From an uncultured delta proteobacterium (GTDB lineage Bacteria > Myxococcota_A > Polyangia > Palsa-1104): a stretch of DNA of 64,000 nt. The stretch lies in contig CAWAWS010000007.1 of the NCBI GenBank assembly GCA_963785725.1, positions 704,001 to 768,000 of the forward strand, given 5' to 3'. Positions 44,480 through 58,225 of the stretch are shown piece after piece. Below the pieces are notes generated by a model. The model worked only from the letters and a program-made list of their open reading frames with translations, did not search any database and was not told the origin of the DNA. Position 1 is the stretch's first letter, and the number at the start of each line of letters is the position of its first letter. The translations under genes were made by a program, and so were the position numbers.

Positions 44480-47345
44480 CTAATAGACGGTGAGCTCGGC
44501 GATCGACCACCAATTGGCGGCGCTGCCGGTCTGCACGATCTTGAAGTAGCGCGCGGTCGTCGGCGTGAACGCGATGTCGACGACGTTGGTCGTGCCGGTG
44601 CCGCTGGCGATGGCGCTGCCCCAGCTCGTGCCGTCGCTGGAGACGAACAGCTGGTAGCCGCGCGGATAATCGCCGGCGCTCGTGCCGTCGTCGAGCGTGA
44701 TGAGCGAGATCGTCTTGGCGGCGAGCATGTCGACGGTGAACGTCTGGCCGCTGGTCTGCGCGACGCCGGTCGTCCAGCGCGTGGCGATGTTGCCGTCGAT
44801 GGCGTTGCCGACGACGTCGGTGGTCGAGCTCGGCGACGCTTTGAGCGCCCAGCCGGTCGGATCGAGCGACGCGACCGCGTAGACGTTGAGCTCGCCGACG
44901 GACCACCAGCTGGCGCCGGTGCCGGTCTGCACGATCTTCAAGTAGCGCGCGGTCTCGGTCGCGAAGCGGATGGTCGTGAGCGCCGACGTGCCCGAGCCGT
45001 TGGCGATCGACGTGCCCCAAGTCGTGCCGTCGGTGGAGACGTAGACTTCGTAGCCGCGCGGATAGTCGTTGGTGCTGCTGGTGGCGTTGAGCGTGACCTC
45101 GGCGAACGTCTGCGGCTTCTGCATGTCGATGACGAGCTGCTGGCCGGCGGTCTGCGCGGCGCCGGTCGTCCAGCGCGTCGTCGGGTCACCGTCGAGCGCG
45201 TTGCCGGCCGAGGCCGAGCTGGCCGCGGGCAATGCGGCGGCGGTCCAACCGGCGCGCGACAGCGGCGCCGCCGAAGCGGCGATCGAGCCCAAGTCGGGCG
45301 ACGACGTGACCGCGAAGTCGGCGGGCTTGGTCGGCGGGCTCAAGTCGGCAGGCACGCTCAAGTCGGCGCCGACGCTCATGTCGGCGGGCGGCGGCGCGAT
45401 GCCGGTGCCCGACGGCGAGTCGTAGACGTTGAGGTCGTCGATGGAGAACCAGCTGGAGCTGCCGGCGGTCAAGACGATGCGCAGGTAACGCGCCGTCGTC
45501 GTCGGCAGCAGAGATCGACCAACTTTGGTTCGTGGCCGCGCCGCTGACGATCGGGCTCGACCAGGTTTGCCCGTCGTTCGAGGTCACGAGCTGCCAGCCG
45601 GCCGCGTAGTCGCCGTTGCCGCCGGCGAGCACGCCGACCTCGTTGAACGTCTGTGGCGCGCCGAGGTCGAGCTGGAACCACTGCCCGGCCGCTTGCGGAA
45701 CGCCGGTCGTCCAGCGCGTCGTCAAGTCGGCGTCGATGGCGTTGGCCGGCGGCGAGCCGTTGGCGCTCAGCGACGCCGACGCCACCCAGCCCGTGCGCGA
45801 CAACACCGGCGCCGGATCGAGGCTATACGCCGTCAGCTGCGCGCTCTCGTCGAGCACGTAGAGGATGCCGTTGGCGACGACCGGGCTCTCCCAATGGATC
45901 TTGCCGATGGTGCCGTCGCTCCACAGCTGCGCGCCCGTCGTCGGTGACAGCGCGTAGACTTTGTTGGTCGTCGAGTAATAGAGGACGTTGTTGGCGAGGA
46001 GCGGCGAGCCGCCGCCGGTGTCGAATTGCCACATCGTCTGCAAGGACGGATTGCCCGAGCCGTCGATGAGCAGCTTGAACGCGGCCAAGCCGTTGGTCGG
46101 GCTGGCGACGAACGCCCAGGTCGAGTTGTCGGCCGGGTTGACCCACGTCGGCACGGCGTTCTGCACTTGACCGCCTTGCGGCAGCGCCATCGAGAAGAGC
46201 TCGCCGGCGACGTGGCCGGGACCACCCTGACCGCTCATGTTGTCGAGGTTGATGATGCGCAGCATGGCGTCTTTGCCCGACTGCAGCGCGATGTGCGGAT
46301 ACTTCGACCCGCTGTTCAACAGGAGCGCCGGCGCCGTCGAGCCCAAGTCGAGATCGGCGTTCTGCAGCGTCTGATAATTGGTCGGCGTGTAGCTGTCGAG
46401 CGGCTGCCCTTGGCCGTTGCCGGTGCCGTCGGGATTGAGCGCGAGCAGCGAGTCGCCCCAGGTGAACGTGGCCGGGTTGAACGTGCCGTTGCCGGTGCCG
46501 GCGAGGATGCGGTTGGAGTCGGAGTCGTAGACGATGCCGACGCGCGCCCACAGCGCCGACTGGATGATCGCGCAGTCGCCCGCGCCGCCGTTGACGAAGT
46601 GGACCGGGCGATTGCTGCAGGCGGCGTTGAAGACGTTCTGCGCGCCGGTGTTCAGGTTGACGGTGGTCAAGTGGCCTTGATAGGTGCCGCCGTCGCCGAT
46701 GAAGGCGCTCGTGGCCATGTACAAGTAGTTGACGCCGTTGGCGGTGGCGGTGGCGATGGCGGAGCTGCCCTTCTCGATCGTCGGCTTGAGGGTGACGAGC
46801 TGCGGGAAGCCGGTGGTCTTGAGCTCGTTGCCGGTGGCGACGTCGAACTTGTGCACGTAGCCGTCGACGCCGTAGCTGTAGACGAACGCGCGCGACGGAT
46901 CGACCGCCGCCGACGACGACGTAATCTGCGTCGCCGTCGCCGGCTGCGCCGACCACACGGTGGCGCCGGTGTGCGCGTCGAGCGCGACGATGTGGCCCGC
47001 TTTCGTCGTCACGAACGCGAGGTCGCGCACGCCGCCGGTGGCGGTCTGCGCGGCCGTCAAGATCGCGGGCGCGCCGTCGCCGACCGCGGGCAAGGTGACG
47101 CGAAAGATCTGCTTCAAGCCGCTGACGTTGCTCGGGCTGATGCGGCTCTCGAGCGTGTTGTTGCCGCTGCGCCGGACGTCGCCGTAGAACTGCAGCCAGT
47201 CGTAGTTGGCGGCGAGCGCCGACAAGCGACGCTGGGCATCGCTGACGCCGGAGCCGTGATTGTCGGTGCGAGCACAGCTGCCGAACGTGAATGCGAGGGC
47301 GAGCGAGAAGCTGCAGGTGCCGAGCCGGCGGGCGCGTGAATGCAT
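44480..47345 (-). CDS. Secreted PQQ-like beta-propeller protein with three F5/8 type C (discoidin/CBM32) domains (apparent +1 frameshift near 45511)
   Basis: Lipobox-like FGSC; DWLQF, DAHTGATVW, DLDLGSTAP, SPVVANG; three NAID...TRWTTG...Q...RY...W(F/W)S modules; RBS GGAGG. Confidence 0.85.
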
Positions 47346-47481
47346 TCCATCCTCCATCGAGGACGAGACTCTAAGCACTCGATCGTGTCGTCGCCGTGAT
47401 TTCACGATCGACGCGCTGCTCTGCAAATCACGACGCGGAGATGCGCGATCCGCTAGCGGAAAGTCTGAGCCGCAGCGACGG

Positions 47482-48843
47482 CTACTCGTCGACGTTGGCG
47501 ATGCCGTACTTCTTGATCAGCCGGTGCAAATACACGCGGTCGAGGCCACCTTCGCGCGCCGCCTTCGACACGTTGCCGCCGGCGCGCCGCAAGAGCTGCA
47601 CGACGTAATCGCGCTCCCACGACGCGATCAGCCGCTCTTTGGCCTCGCGGAAGCCTTCGTTGCCGACGGTCGGCCAAGCGTGCGCGCCCGAGCCGTGCGT
47701 GTTCGGCGGCGCCTCCAAACCGAGCAGCGACGGATGCAGCACGCGATTTTGCCCCATCAGCGACAGGCCGCGGTCGATGACGTTCTTCAGCTCGCGCACG
47801 TTGCCCGGCCAGTCGTATTCGGTGAACAGCGCCAGCGTCTCCGGCGGAATCTCGACGTCCTTGCCGTGCAGGAAGCGGCCCACGAGCGCCGGGATGTCCT
47901 CTTTGCGCTCGCGCAAGGGCGGCAGCGTCACGCGCACGACCGCCAGCCGATGGTAGAGATCGTCGCGAAAACGGCCCGCCTTGGCCTCTTCGCGCAGGTC
48001 GCGGTTGGTGGCCGCGATGACGCGCACGTCGACGTCGCGATAGTGCGCCGCGCCCACGGGCTTGATGCGCCGCGACTCGAGCGCGCGCAAGAGGCGCGGC
48101 TGCATGTCGAGCTCGAGCTCGCCGATCTCGTCGATGAAGATGGTGCCGCCGTGCGCCTGCGCGAACGCGCCTTCGCGATCGCGGTCGGCGCCGGTGAACG
48201 CGCCGCGCACGTGGCCGAACAGCTCGGACTCGATGAGCGAGCGCGACACGCCGGCCAGATCGCAGACGACGAACGGCCCTTTGGCGCGCGGCCCGGCGGC
48301 GCGAATCGCCTCCGCGCACAGCTCCTTGCCGGTGCCGGTCTCGCCTTCGATGAGCACGGCCACGTCGGACTGCGCCACCAGCTCCAGCATGGCGAACACT
48401 TCGCGCATCTTCAGCGACGGGCCGTCGAGCGCGCCGAAGCGTTCGCGCGTCGACGGCAAGATCGGGTGCGAGCGCTCGGTCGTGGCCAGCTTGAGCTCGC
48501 TGCCGCCGACGGTGACGACCGCGCCCGGGCCGACCGTCACCTCGTTGAACTGCGCGCCGCCGAAGAAGCTGCCGCTGGTCGAGCCCAAGTCTTTGACGAC
48601 GACGCCGCGCGCGCCCATCTGCAGCTCGAGGTGCTGGCGCGACACCGCGCTGTCGCTGAGCACGAGGTCGCAATGCGGCGCGCGCCCGACGAAATAGGTG
48701 CCGCGCTCGAGCTCCAGCTGCTTGCCTTGATCGGGCCCCGACAGGACGATGACGCGCAGCTTCTCCGGCACCACCGGCGCCTTGCCGGGCGCGGCGATGT
48801 CGGTGCGCGGCACCGTATTGGGGTCCCAGTCGTCCGGCGTCAC
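47482..48843 (-). CDS. Sigma54-dependent enhancer-binding protein with N-terminal FHA domain
   Basis: VGR...SRQH...DLGSTSG (FHA); GETGTGKE, GAFTGA, FIDEIGE, WPGNVREL; C-terminal HTH. Confidence 0.95.
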   Translation of the reverse strand: MTPDDWDPNTVPRTDIAAPGKAPVVPEKLRVIVLSGPDQGKQLELERGTYFVGRAPHCDLVLSDSAVSRQHLELQMGARGVVVKDLGSTSGSFFGGAQFNEVTVGPGAVVTVGGSELKLATTERSHPILPSTRERFGALDGPSLKMREVFAMLELVAQSDVAVLIEGETGTGKELCAEAIRAAGPRAKGPFVVCDLAGVSRSLIESELFGHVRGAFTGADRDREGAFAQAHGGTIFIDEIGELELDMQPRLLRALESRRIKPVGAAHYRDVDVRVIAATNRDLREEAKAGRFRDDLYHRLAVVRVTLPPLRERKEDIPALVGRFLHGKDVEIPPETLALFTEYDWPGNVRELKNVIDRGLSLMGQNRVLHPSLLGLEAPPNTHGSGAHAWPTVGNEGFREAKERLIASWERDYVVQLLRRAGGNVSKAAREGGLDRVYLHRLIKKYGIANVDE

Positions 48844-48921
48844 TGCGGCTACGTTAGCACCCAACCTCGCGTGCGGCAGCCTAAACCGCCGCCGTCGCCA
48901 AGTCGGATCACGAGCGAGCGG

Positions 48922-49383
48922 TCAGGATTTTATGTGCAGCGGCTGGTGCCGTTCGAGCGCGGCGGTGGCGCCGTTGAAGAAGATCTTCCACGCCTGGCGC
49001 AGCTGCTCGGCGAGGATCTTTTGATCGTCGTCGTAGCTGTCCTCGTCCTCTTCGCTCTCTTCCTCTTCCTCGTCCAGCTCGTCCTTGAGCTCGTCGAGCA
49101 CTTCCAGGAGCAGCGGCAAGGAGCCGATGCGCAGCTCGGCCACTTCGAAGATGCCGTCGAACTCGACGGGCAGGTAGATGTCGGCGGCGGTGTCGTGACC
49201 CTCCAGCCAATCCATGAACTCGGAGAGCGCGGTGTCGTCGAGCCCTTCGGCGACGTGCGCGGGCGCCGAATCATCGGCGCGCGGAAGCTGTGGAGCGCCC
49301 GCCTTCTCGAGGTGCGCCGCTAGCTCGGCGATCTCGTCGTCATTGAGGCGATCGGTCAGGGGGGCGATGTCGATCTCGGCCAT
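48922..49383 (-). CDS. Acidic hypothetical protein
   Basis: Coding-like codon bias; DIYLPVEF; poly-acidic tract; divergent from glnD. Confidence 0.75.
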   Translation of the reverse strand: MAEIDIAPLTDRLNDDEIAELAAHLEKAGAPQLPRADDSAPAHVAEGLDDTALSEFMDWLEGHDTAADIYLPVEFDGIFEVAELRIGSLPLLLEVLDELKDELDEEEEESEEDEDSYDDDQKILAEQLRQAWKIFFNGATAALERHQPLHIKS

Positions 49384-49464
49384 GCACGATCGCCTAACGG
49401 ATTTGCCGCTCGCTTGTCAATGTCGCGCACACGAAGTTTGACATCCTGCGCTACACTGGAGTCG

Positions 49465-52146
49465 ATGAACGTCGCTAGGGCCCTGTCGCCGCTCGTCGGT
49501 CAAGCGCGCAGCCAGCAGGCCGAAGCCTGCCGCGCCTTTCTGGACGCCGCCCACGCGCGCTTACGCGAGGCGCACTTTGCCGGCGCGCCCGGCGACGAAA
49601 CGGCGCGTGACTGGGCTTACGCCGCCGACGAAGTGGTGCGCGCGCTCTTCCGCGCCGCGCTGGCCGAGCAGCCGGATCTGCCGGTGGCGCTCGTCGCCGT
49701 CGGTGGCTATGGCCGCGCCGAGCTCTGCCCGTACAGCGATCTCGACCTCTGGCTGCTCGTGCCGACGAACGACAAACGCGCGCAGCTATTGGCGGAAGCG
49801 ATCTTGTACCCGCTCTGGGACTTGAAGCTCGAGGTCGGTCACGCCGTGCGCACGGTCGATGACGCCATCAAGCAGGCCAAGGGCGATCTGACGGCCGCGA
49901 CTTCGCTGCTCGACGCGCGCTTCCTCGACGGCGATCAGGCGATTTGGGCCGATTTCTTGCGCGCCGTGCCCAAGCTGTTCGAGCGCGACGTCAACGATGT
50001 CATCAAGAAGCTGGCCAAGGAAAAGGCGGAGCGTCAGGCGCGCTTCGGCGAGACCGTCTACCTGCTCGAGCCCAACGTCAAGAACGGGCAGGGCGGCTAT
50101 CGCGACCTCCTGGTCGGCTTGTGGGCGGCCAAGGCGCGCTATCGCGTCGGCGATCTGCCCGATCTGGTCGGCGCCGGCTTGTCGTCGCAGCGGCAGGCGC
50201 AGGCGCTGGTGGCGGCGCGACGCTTCTTCTTGGAGATCCGAACGGCGGCGCACTTCGCGGCCAAGCGGAAGCAAGATCGGCTGACCTTCGAGATCCAAGA
50301 GGCGATCGGGCCGCGGCTGTTTCCCGAGCCGCGGCCGTCGTCGCACGAGGGCGTCGAGAGCGCAGTCGAGCCGTCGGTCGAGGCGCTGATGCAGCACTAT
50401 TTCGTGCACGCCAAGACGGTGCAGCGCGAGACCGATCGCATCTTGGCGCGCTGCCTCGTCGAGCCGCAGAAGAAGCCGACCCTGCGGCCGATCGACGCCT
50501 CGTTCACGCTCTTCAACGGCAAGCTGGCGCTGACCGATCCCGACGTCTTCAAGCGTCGTCCGTCGGAGATGCTGCGCATTTTCAACGTCGCGCTCGACTC
50601 CGGCGCCGAGATCTACGGCCATACGCAAGATCTCATCGTCGAGCAGGTGGCGCAGGCGACGTTGACCGACGATCCGCTGGCCGGGCGCGAGCTCATGAAG
50701 CTCATCGCCGACGACCGCGACAAGCGCAACCCGTCGCTGCTCGAGCAGGCGCACGATCTCGGGCTCTTGGCCGCGGTCATGCCCGAGTTCGCGCCCTGCA
50801 CCGGCCGCGTGCAGCACGACCTCTACCACGTGTTCACCGTCGACCAGCATCAGCTGTACGCGGTCGGGCGGCTCAAAGCGTTGGCGCGCGGCGAGCTCGG
50901 CGAGGAGATGCCGACGGTGACGCAGGCGATGTCGGAGGTCAAACGGCGCGCGCCGCTCTATCTCGGCACGCTGCTCCACGACGTCGGCAAGCCGCTCGGC
51001 AAAGGGCACTCGGAGACGGGCGCGCGACTGGCGGTCGCGATCGCGACGCGGCTCGGCCTGTCGCCCGAAGACGTGTCGCAGACGGAATTCCTCGTGCGCA
51101 AACACCTCCTGCTCTCGCATCTGTCGCAGCGCCGCGACTTGAACGACGTGGCGATGATCGCGAATTTGGCGCAGGAGCTGACCGACGAAGAGACGCTGCG
51201 CGAGCTGTATCTGCTGACGGTGGCCGACATGTCGATGGTGGCGCCGGGCAACTTGACCGAGTGGAAAGAGCAGCTCCTGCGCGAGCTGTACACGCGCACG
51301 CTCGGGTTTTATCGGCGCGGCCCGGACTTGGCGGGCCACGGCGGCGTCGACGAGCAGGCGGCGCTGGTGGCGCGGCGGCGCAAGCGCGTGGCCGAGCTCA
51401 TGGGCACGAGCGAGGACGAGCTGGCGAGCTGGTTCGCGTCCTTGCCCGATCGCTACGTCACGCTGACCCAGCCGCGGCAGATCGCGCGCCACGTGCAGCT
51501 GTCACGCCGTCGCAAGGGCCCGGTGGCGATCGAAGTCGTGCATCGGCCGCGCAAGGCGGTCAGCGACTTCACCGTCTGCGCCGACGACGCGCCGGGCCTC
51601 TTGGCGAAGATCGCCGGCGTGCTCGTGGCCCATCGCGTCGACGTCTTGCAGGCGCAGATTCACACCCGCGTGGTCGACGGCGTGGTCGTCGAGGCGCTGG
51701 ACACGTTCATGACGCGCGATCGCTACGGCCGGCCGATCACCGATCCGGCGCGCTGGCAGCGCGTCGAGGCCGATCTGACGCGCGTGCTCGGCGGCTTGGC
51801 GACGGTGGCGCAGGTGATCGACGAGCGGCGCGAGAAGTCGTCGCTGCCCGAGCGCGTCGTGCCGCAAGTGCGCACCGAGATCACCGTCGACAACGACGTC
51901 TCGGCCGACTTCAGCGTCGTCGACGTCTACACGCACGATCGCTTGGGCGTCTTGTATACGATCACGCAGACGCTGGCGCAGCTGAAGCTCGACATTCAGC
52001 TGTCGAAGGTCTCGACCGAGGGCTCGCGCGCCGCCGACGTGTTCTACGTGCGCGAAGGCCACGGCGGCAAGCTCGACGCCGAGCGCGTCGACGAGGTGAA
52101 GCTGGCGCTGGCCGAGGCGATCGGCCACTTGCAGTCGCGCGCCTGA
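49465..52146 (+). CDS. glnD: [Protein-PII] uridylyltransferase
   Basis: AVGGYGR, SDLD, LEPNVKNGQGGYRD, QHDLYHVFTVDQH, LLHDVGK, two C-terminal ACT domains. Confidence 0.96.
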   Translation: MNVARALSPLVGQARSQQAEACRAFLDAAHARLREAHFAGAPGDETARDWAYAADEVVRALFRAALAEQPDLPVALVAVGGYGRAELCPYSDLDLWLLVPTNDKRAQLLAEAILYPLWDLKLEVGHAVRTVDDAIKQAKGDLTAATSLLDARFLDGDQAIWADFLRAVPKLFERDVNDVIKKLAKEKAERQARFGETVYLLEPNVKNGQGGYRDLLVGLWAAKARYRVGDLPDLVGAGLSSQRQAQALVAARRFFLEIRTAAHFAAKRKQDRLTFEIQEAIGPRLFPEPRPSSHEGVESAVEPSVEALMQHYFVHAKTVQRETDRILARCLVEPQKKPTLRPIDASFTLFNGKLALTDPDVFKRRPSEMLRIFNVALDSGAEIYGHTQDLIVEQVAQATLTDDPLAGRELMKLIADDRDKRNPSLLEQAHDLGLLAAVMPEFAPCTGRVQHDLYHVFTVDQHQLYAVGRLKALARGELGEEMPTVTQAMSEVKRRAPLYLGTLLHDVGKPLGKGHSETGARLAVAIATRLGLSPEDVSQTEFLVRKHLLLSHLSQRRDLNDVAMIANLAQELTDEETLRELYLLTVADMSMVAPGNLTEWKEQLLRELYTRTLGFYRRGPDLAGHGGVDEQAALVARRRKRVAELMGTSEDELASWFASLPDRYVTLTQPRQIARHVQLSRRRKGPVAIEVVHRPRKAVSDFTVCADDAPGLLAKIAGVLVAHRVDVLQAQIHTRVVDGVVVEALDTFMTRDRYGRPITDPARWQRVEADLTRVLGGLATVAQVIDERREKSSLPERVVPQVRTEITVDNDVSADFSVVDVYTHDRLGVLYTITQTLAQLKLDIQLSKVSTEGSRAADVFYVREGHGGKLDAERVDEVKLALAEAIGHLQSRA

Positions 52147-53195
52147 TGTCGTCGGCGCCGCCCAGCCGCGCGAGCGAAGAGCCGCGGCGCGCGCCGATTC
52201 CCGGCCACTGCCTCAACTGCGACCGGCCCGTCACCGACAACTTCTGCGCCCACTGCGGGCAGGAGAACAGCGACTATCGCGTGTCGTTGAAGCGCCTCAT
52301 GGGCGATCTCTTCGACGAGCTGTTTCAGCTGGAAGCGCGGGTGTGGCGCTCGCTCATGCACCTGTTCCGCCATCCGGGCCGCTTGACCGCCGATTACAAC
52401 GACGGCCGCCGCGTCCGTTACACCTCGCCCTTGCGGCTGTATTTGATGGCCAGCGTCACCTACTTCTTCGTCGCGGCGCTCATGCCGCCGAGCGCCTCGG
52501 ACGTGAAGATCGACTTCGGCGACGGCGAGCAGACCTTCAAGGAGCTGGGCGCGCCCAAGAGCGGCTTCGACCGCTTCGTCCGCGACCGCCTCGGCCTCCA
52601 CGACGGCATGCAGCTGCGCGACGTGCAACGCCACACCAACGAAGTGCTGCTGGCGAACGCGCCCAAAGTCATGGCCGTGCTCGTGCCGCTGTGCGCGCTC
52701 CTGACGCTGGCGCTGTTTCGCCGGCCGCGCCGCTACTTCGTCGAGCATTTGGTGCTGGCGCTGCATCTGCACGCGGTCGCGTTCTGGCTGCTGCTGGTGG
52801 CGCTGCTGACGCGTTGGGAGCACGCCTCGATGCTGGCGCTGCTCTTGGCCGGCGTCTGGATGCTGCTGGCGTTGCGCGCGCTCTTTTCGCAGCCGTGGTG
52901 GCTCACCATCTTCAAGAGCGGGCTCATGGCGACGATCTACCTGACCTTCGTCGCCATCGGCATCGTCGTGGCGCTGATGATTCAGGTCTTCTCGATCGCG
53001 CGCTTGAGCTCGGCGGCGTCGGCGAAGCGCTTGGCCGGCTCCTTCTCGAGCGCCTGCAAGATGACGCGCTCGAGCGGCTCGGGCAGCTCGGGACGCAAGG
53101 AGCGCGGCGCCCGCGGCGGCTCCGACACGTGCGCGAAGCCAATCGCGATCGGCGTCTCGCCGGCGAACGGCGGCCGCCCGGCGAAGATGTGGTAG
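52146..53195 (+). CDS. DUF3667 domain membrane protein (3' end uncertain)
   Basis: CLNC...FCAHCGQ, PGRLTADY, RYTSPLRLYL, EHLVLALH; membrane part ends near 52990 but the frame stays open to 53195. Confidence 0.85.
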   Translation: MSSAPPSRASEEPRRAPIPGHCLNCDRPVTDNFCAHCGQENSDYRVSLKRLMGDLFDELFQLEARVWRSLMHLFRHPGRLTADYNDGRRVRYTSPLRLYLMASVTYFFVAALMPPSASDVKIDFGDGEQTFKELGAPKSGFDRFVRDRLGLHDGMQLRDVQRHTNEVLLANAPKVMAVLVPLCALLTLALFRRPRRYFVEHLVLALHLHAVAFWLLLVALLTRWEHASMLALLLAGVWMLLALRALFSQPWWLTIFKSGLMATIYLTFVAIGIVVALMIQVFSIARLSSAASAKRLAGSFSSACKMTRSSGSGSSGRKERGARGGSDTCAKPIAIGVSPANGGRPAKMW

Positions 53196-54154
53196 CCGAG
53201 CGCGCCCAGCGAGTAGACGTCGGTGCGCGCGTCGCACGGCAGCCCGCGCACCTGCTCGGGCGCCATGTATTCGGGCGTGCCGACGATGAGCCCGGTCGCC
53301 GTCATGCCGGCCATGAACGTCGCCTTGGCCAGCCCGAAGTCGATCACTTTGGCCCGCCGCTCGGCGTCGAGCAGCACGTTCGACGGCTTGAGATCGCGGT
53401 GCACGACGCCGGCCGCGTGCGCCGCCGACACGCCGTCGCAGATCTGCGCCATGAGCAGCCGCGCCTCGTCGATGCGCAGCACGCTCACGCGCTGCAGATA
53501 GGTCGCCAGCGTCATGCCGTCGACGAACTCCATCGACAGCAGCAACAGCGCGCCATCCTCGACGAGATCGTGGATGCGGATGACGTTGGGATGCGTGACT
53601 TTGCGCGCCGCCGACACTTCGCGGCGAAAGCGATCGGCGGCCGCCTCGGCGTCGACCGCCATCGCCGAGTTGATGATCTTGAGCGCCACGCGCTCGGCCA
53701 GCTTCTCGTCGGCGGCCAAGTAAACCGCGCCCATTCCGCCGCGGCCGAGCTCGCGCTCGATCGTGTAGCGGCCGGCGATCTTTTGCCCCGGCTGCAGCGC
53801 CGTCGCCAACAAGGAGCCGCGCGCGATCGCCAAATTTTCCGGCAGCGCCTTGCCCGCCGTGGCGCCACCGATGGGCGGCAGCGCGCCGATCGACGACTGC
53901 GCCGCCAACAACTTATTGAGCCGCGCGTTGAGCTCGAGATCGACCGAGCAGACGATGCTCTCCAAGTTCTGCACGCGCGCCTCGAGCTGCTTGCGCTCCT
54001 CGCGCTCTTTTTCGCGCGCTTCGAGCTGCTTCGGATCGTCGCGACCTCCCTTGAGCAGCGTCTGCTTTTTGAAGCGGAGGTAGCTGGCGAAGCCGGCGAA
54101 GCCGAACGTGCTGCCGAAGACGATTGCCACGACCAGCACCGTCGTAAAATCCAT
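52982..54154 (-). CDS. Ser/Thr kinase with N-terminal TM helix and coiled coil
   Basis: GRGGMG, VALK, HRDLKPSN, DFG, GTPEYMAPEQ; N-terminal TM then LEARVQNLESIV. Confidence 0.93.
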   Translation of the reverse strand: MDFTTVLVVAIVFGSTFGFAGFASYLRFKKQTLLKGGRDDPKQLEAREKEREERKQLEARVQNLESIVCSVDLELNARLNKLLAAQSSIGALPPIGGATAGKALPENLAIARGSLLATALQPGQKIAGRYTIERELGRGGMGAVYLAADEKLAERVALKIINSAMAVDAEAAADRFRREVSAARKVTHPNVIRIHDLVEDGALLLLSMEFVDGMTLATYLQRVSVLRIDEARLLMAQICDGVSAAHAAGVVHRDLKPSNVLLDAERRAKVIDFGLAKATFMAGMTATGLIVGTPEYMAPEQVRGLPCDARTDVYSLGALGYHIFAGRPPFAGETPIAIGFAHVSEPPRAPRSLRPELPEPLERVILQALEKEPAKRFADAAELKRAIEKT

Positions 54155-54176
54155 ACCGCGTGATACCGTACGCGCC

Positions 54177-55193
54177 ATGCGCAAGCAAGCCTTGGTGCCG
54201 GCACTCCTCCTCGTCGCTGCCGTTGCTCATGCCGCCGCCCCCGATGACGCGCTCGTCGACGAAGGCTCGCAGAAGCTGCAAGCGGGCGACGTCGCCGGCG
54301 CGCTGGCGCTGTTCGACAAGGCGCAAAAGCAGGCGCCGCGCGACCCGCGGCCGCACTATTTGGCGGGCGTGGCGCTGCAGAAGCGGAACGACGGCGTCGG
54401 CGCCGAGCGCGAGCTGCGCGCGGCGTTGATGCTCGATCCCAAGCTGCCCGAAGTGCGCAACGAGCTGGGCGCGCTCTTGAACGAGCGGCGCCGCTTTGCC
54501 GATGCCGCCGTCGAGCTCAAGCGCGCCGTCGCCGAGAAGCCGGACCTGGCCGAGGCCTGGTTCAACTTGGGGCAGGCGGCGCTGATGACCAAAGACTGCG
54601 CGACCTCGCTCGACGCCTATGCGCGCGCGGTCAGGCTGTCACCGTCGGACGGCGACGGCTACATCAGCCAGTCGGTGGCCGCGCGGCGCTGCAAGAAGCT
54701 CGACGTCGCGACGCAGTCGGCGCGCATGGCGGTCAAGCTGGCGGCGTCGAACCCGGCCACTCACTTGAACTTGGGGCTGACGCTGGAAGCCGCCGGCAAG
54801 CTCGACGACGCCGTCGCCGAATACACGCTGGCGACGCGCATCAAGCCCGACTACGCGACGGCCTGGTGGAGCCTCGGCCTGTGCGAGCTGCAGCGCAAGA
54901 AGCCCGACGCCGCCATCGTCGCGCTCGAGAAAGCGCGCAATTTGTCGCCGACGGCGGCCCGCATCGCCGACTTGGGCGTGGCCTATCGCGACAAGGGTGA
55001 CTTGAAGCGGGCGCAGTCGCTGTTCGCCGAGTCTTTGGCCAAAGATCCCCGCTATGTGCCGGCGCATTGGCATATGGCGCAGGTGCTCTCGGCCCAGCAT
55101 CAGTGTGGCGAGCTACGGAAGGAATTGGCGAAGCTGCCCGCCGAAGACGCGCAGGGCGAAGCGGCACGAAAATTGACCAGCGAGTGCAAATGA
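54177..55193 (+). CDS. Exported multi-TPR protein
   Basis: Signal peptide ending AHA; repeated TPR units (AEAWFNLG, PATHLNLG, ATAWWSLG). Confidence 0.9.
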   Translation: MRKQALVPALLLVAAVAHAAAPDDALVDEGSQKLQAGDVAGALALFDKAQKQAPRDPRPHYLAGVALQKRNDGVGAERELRAALMLDPKLPEVRNELGALLNERRRFADAAVELKRAVAEKPDLAEAWFNLGQAALMTKDCATSLDAYARAVRLSPSDGDGYISQSVAARRCKKLDVATQSARMAVKLAASNPATHLNLGLTLEAAGKLDDAVAEYTLATRIKPDYATAWWSLGLCELQRKKPDAAIVALEKARNLSPTAARIADLGVAYRDKGDLKRAQSLFAESLAKDPRYVPAHWHMAQVLSAQHQCGELRKELAKLPAEDAQGEAARKLTSECK

Positions 55194-55220
55194 AACCTGC
55201 TAGTCTCACGCGGTAACACG

Positions 55221-58224
<3,004 letters not shown>

Positions 58225-58225
<1 letters not shown>

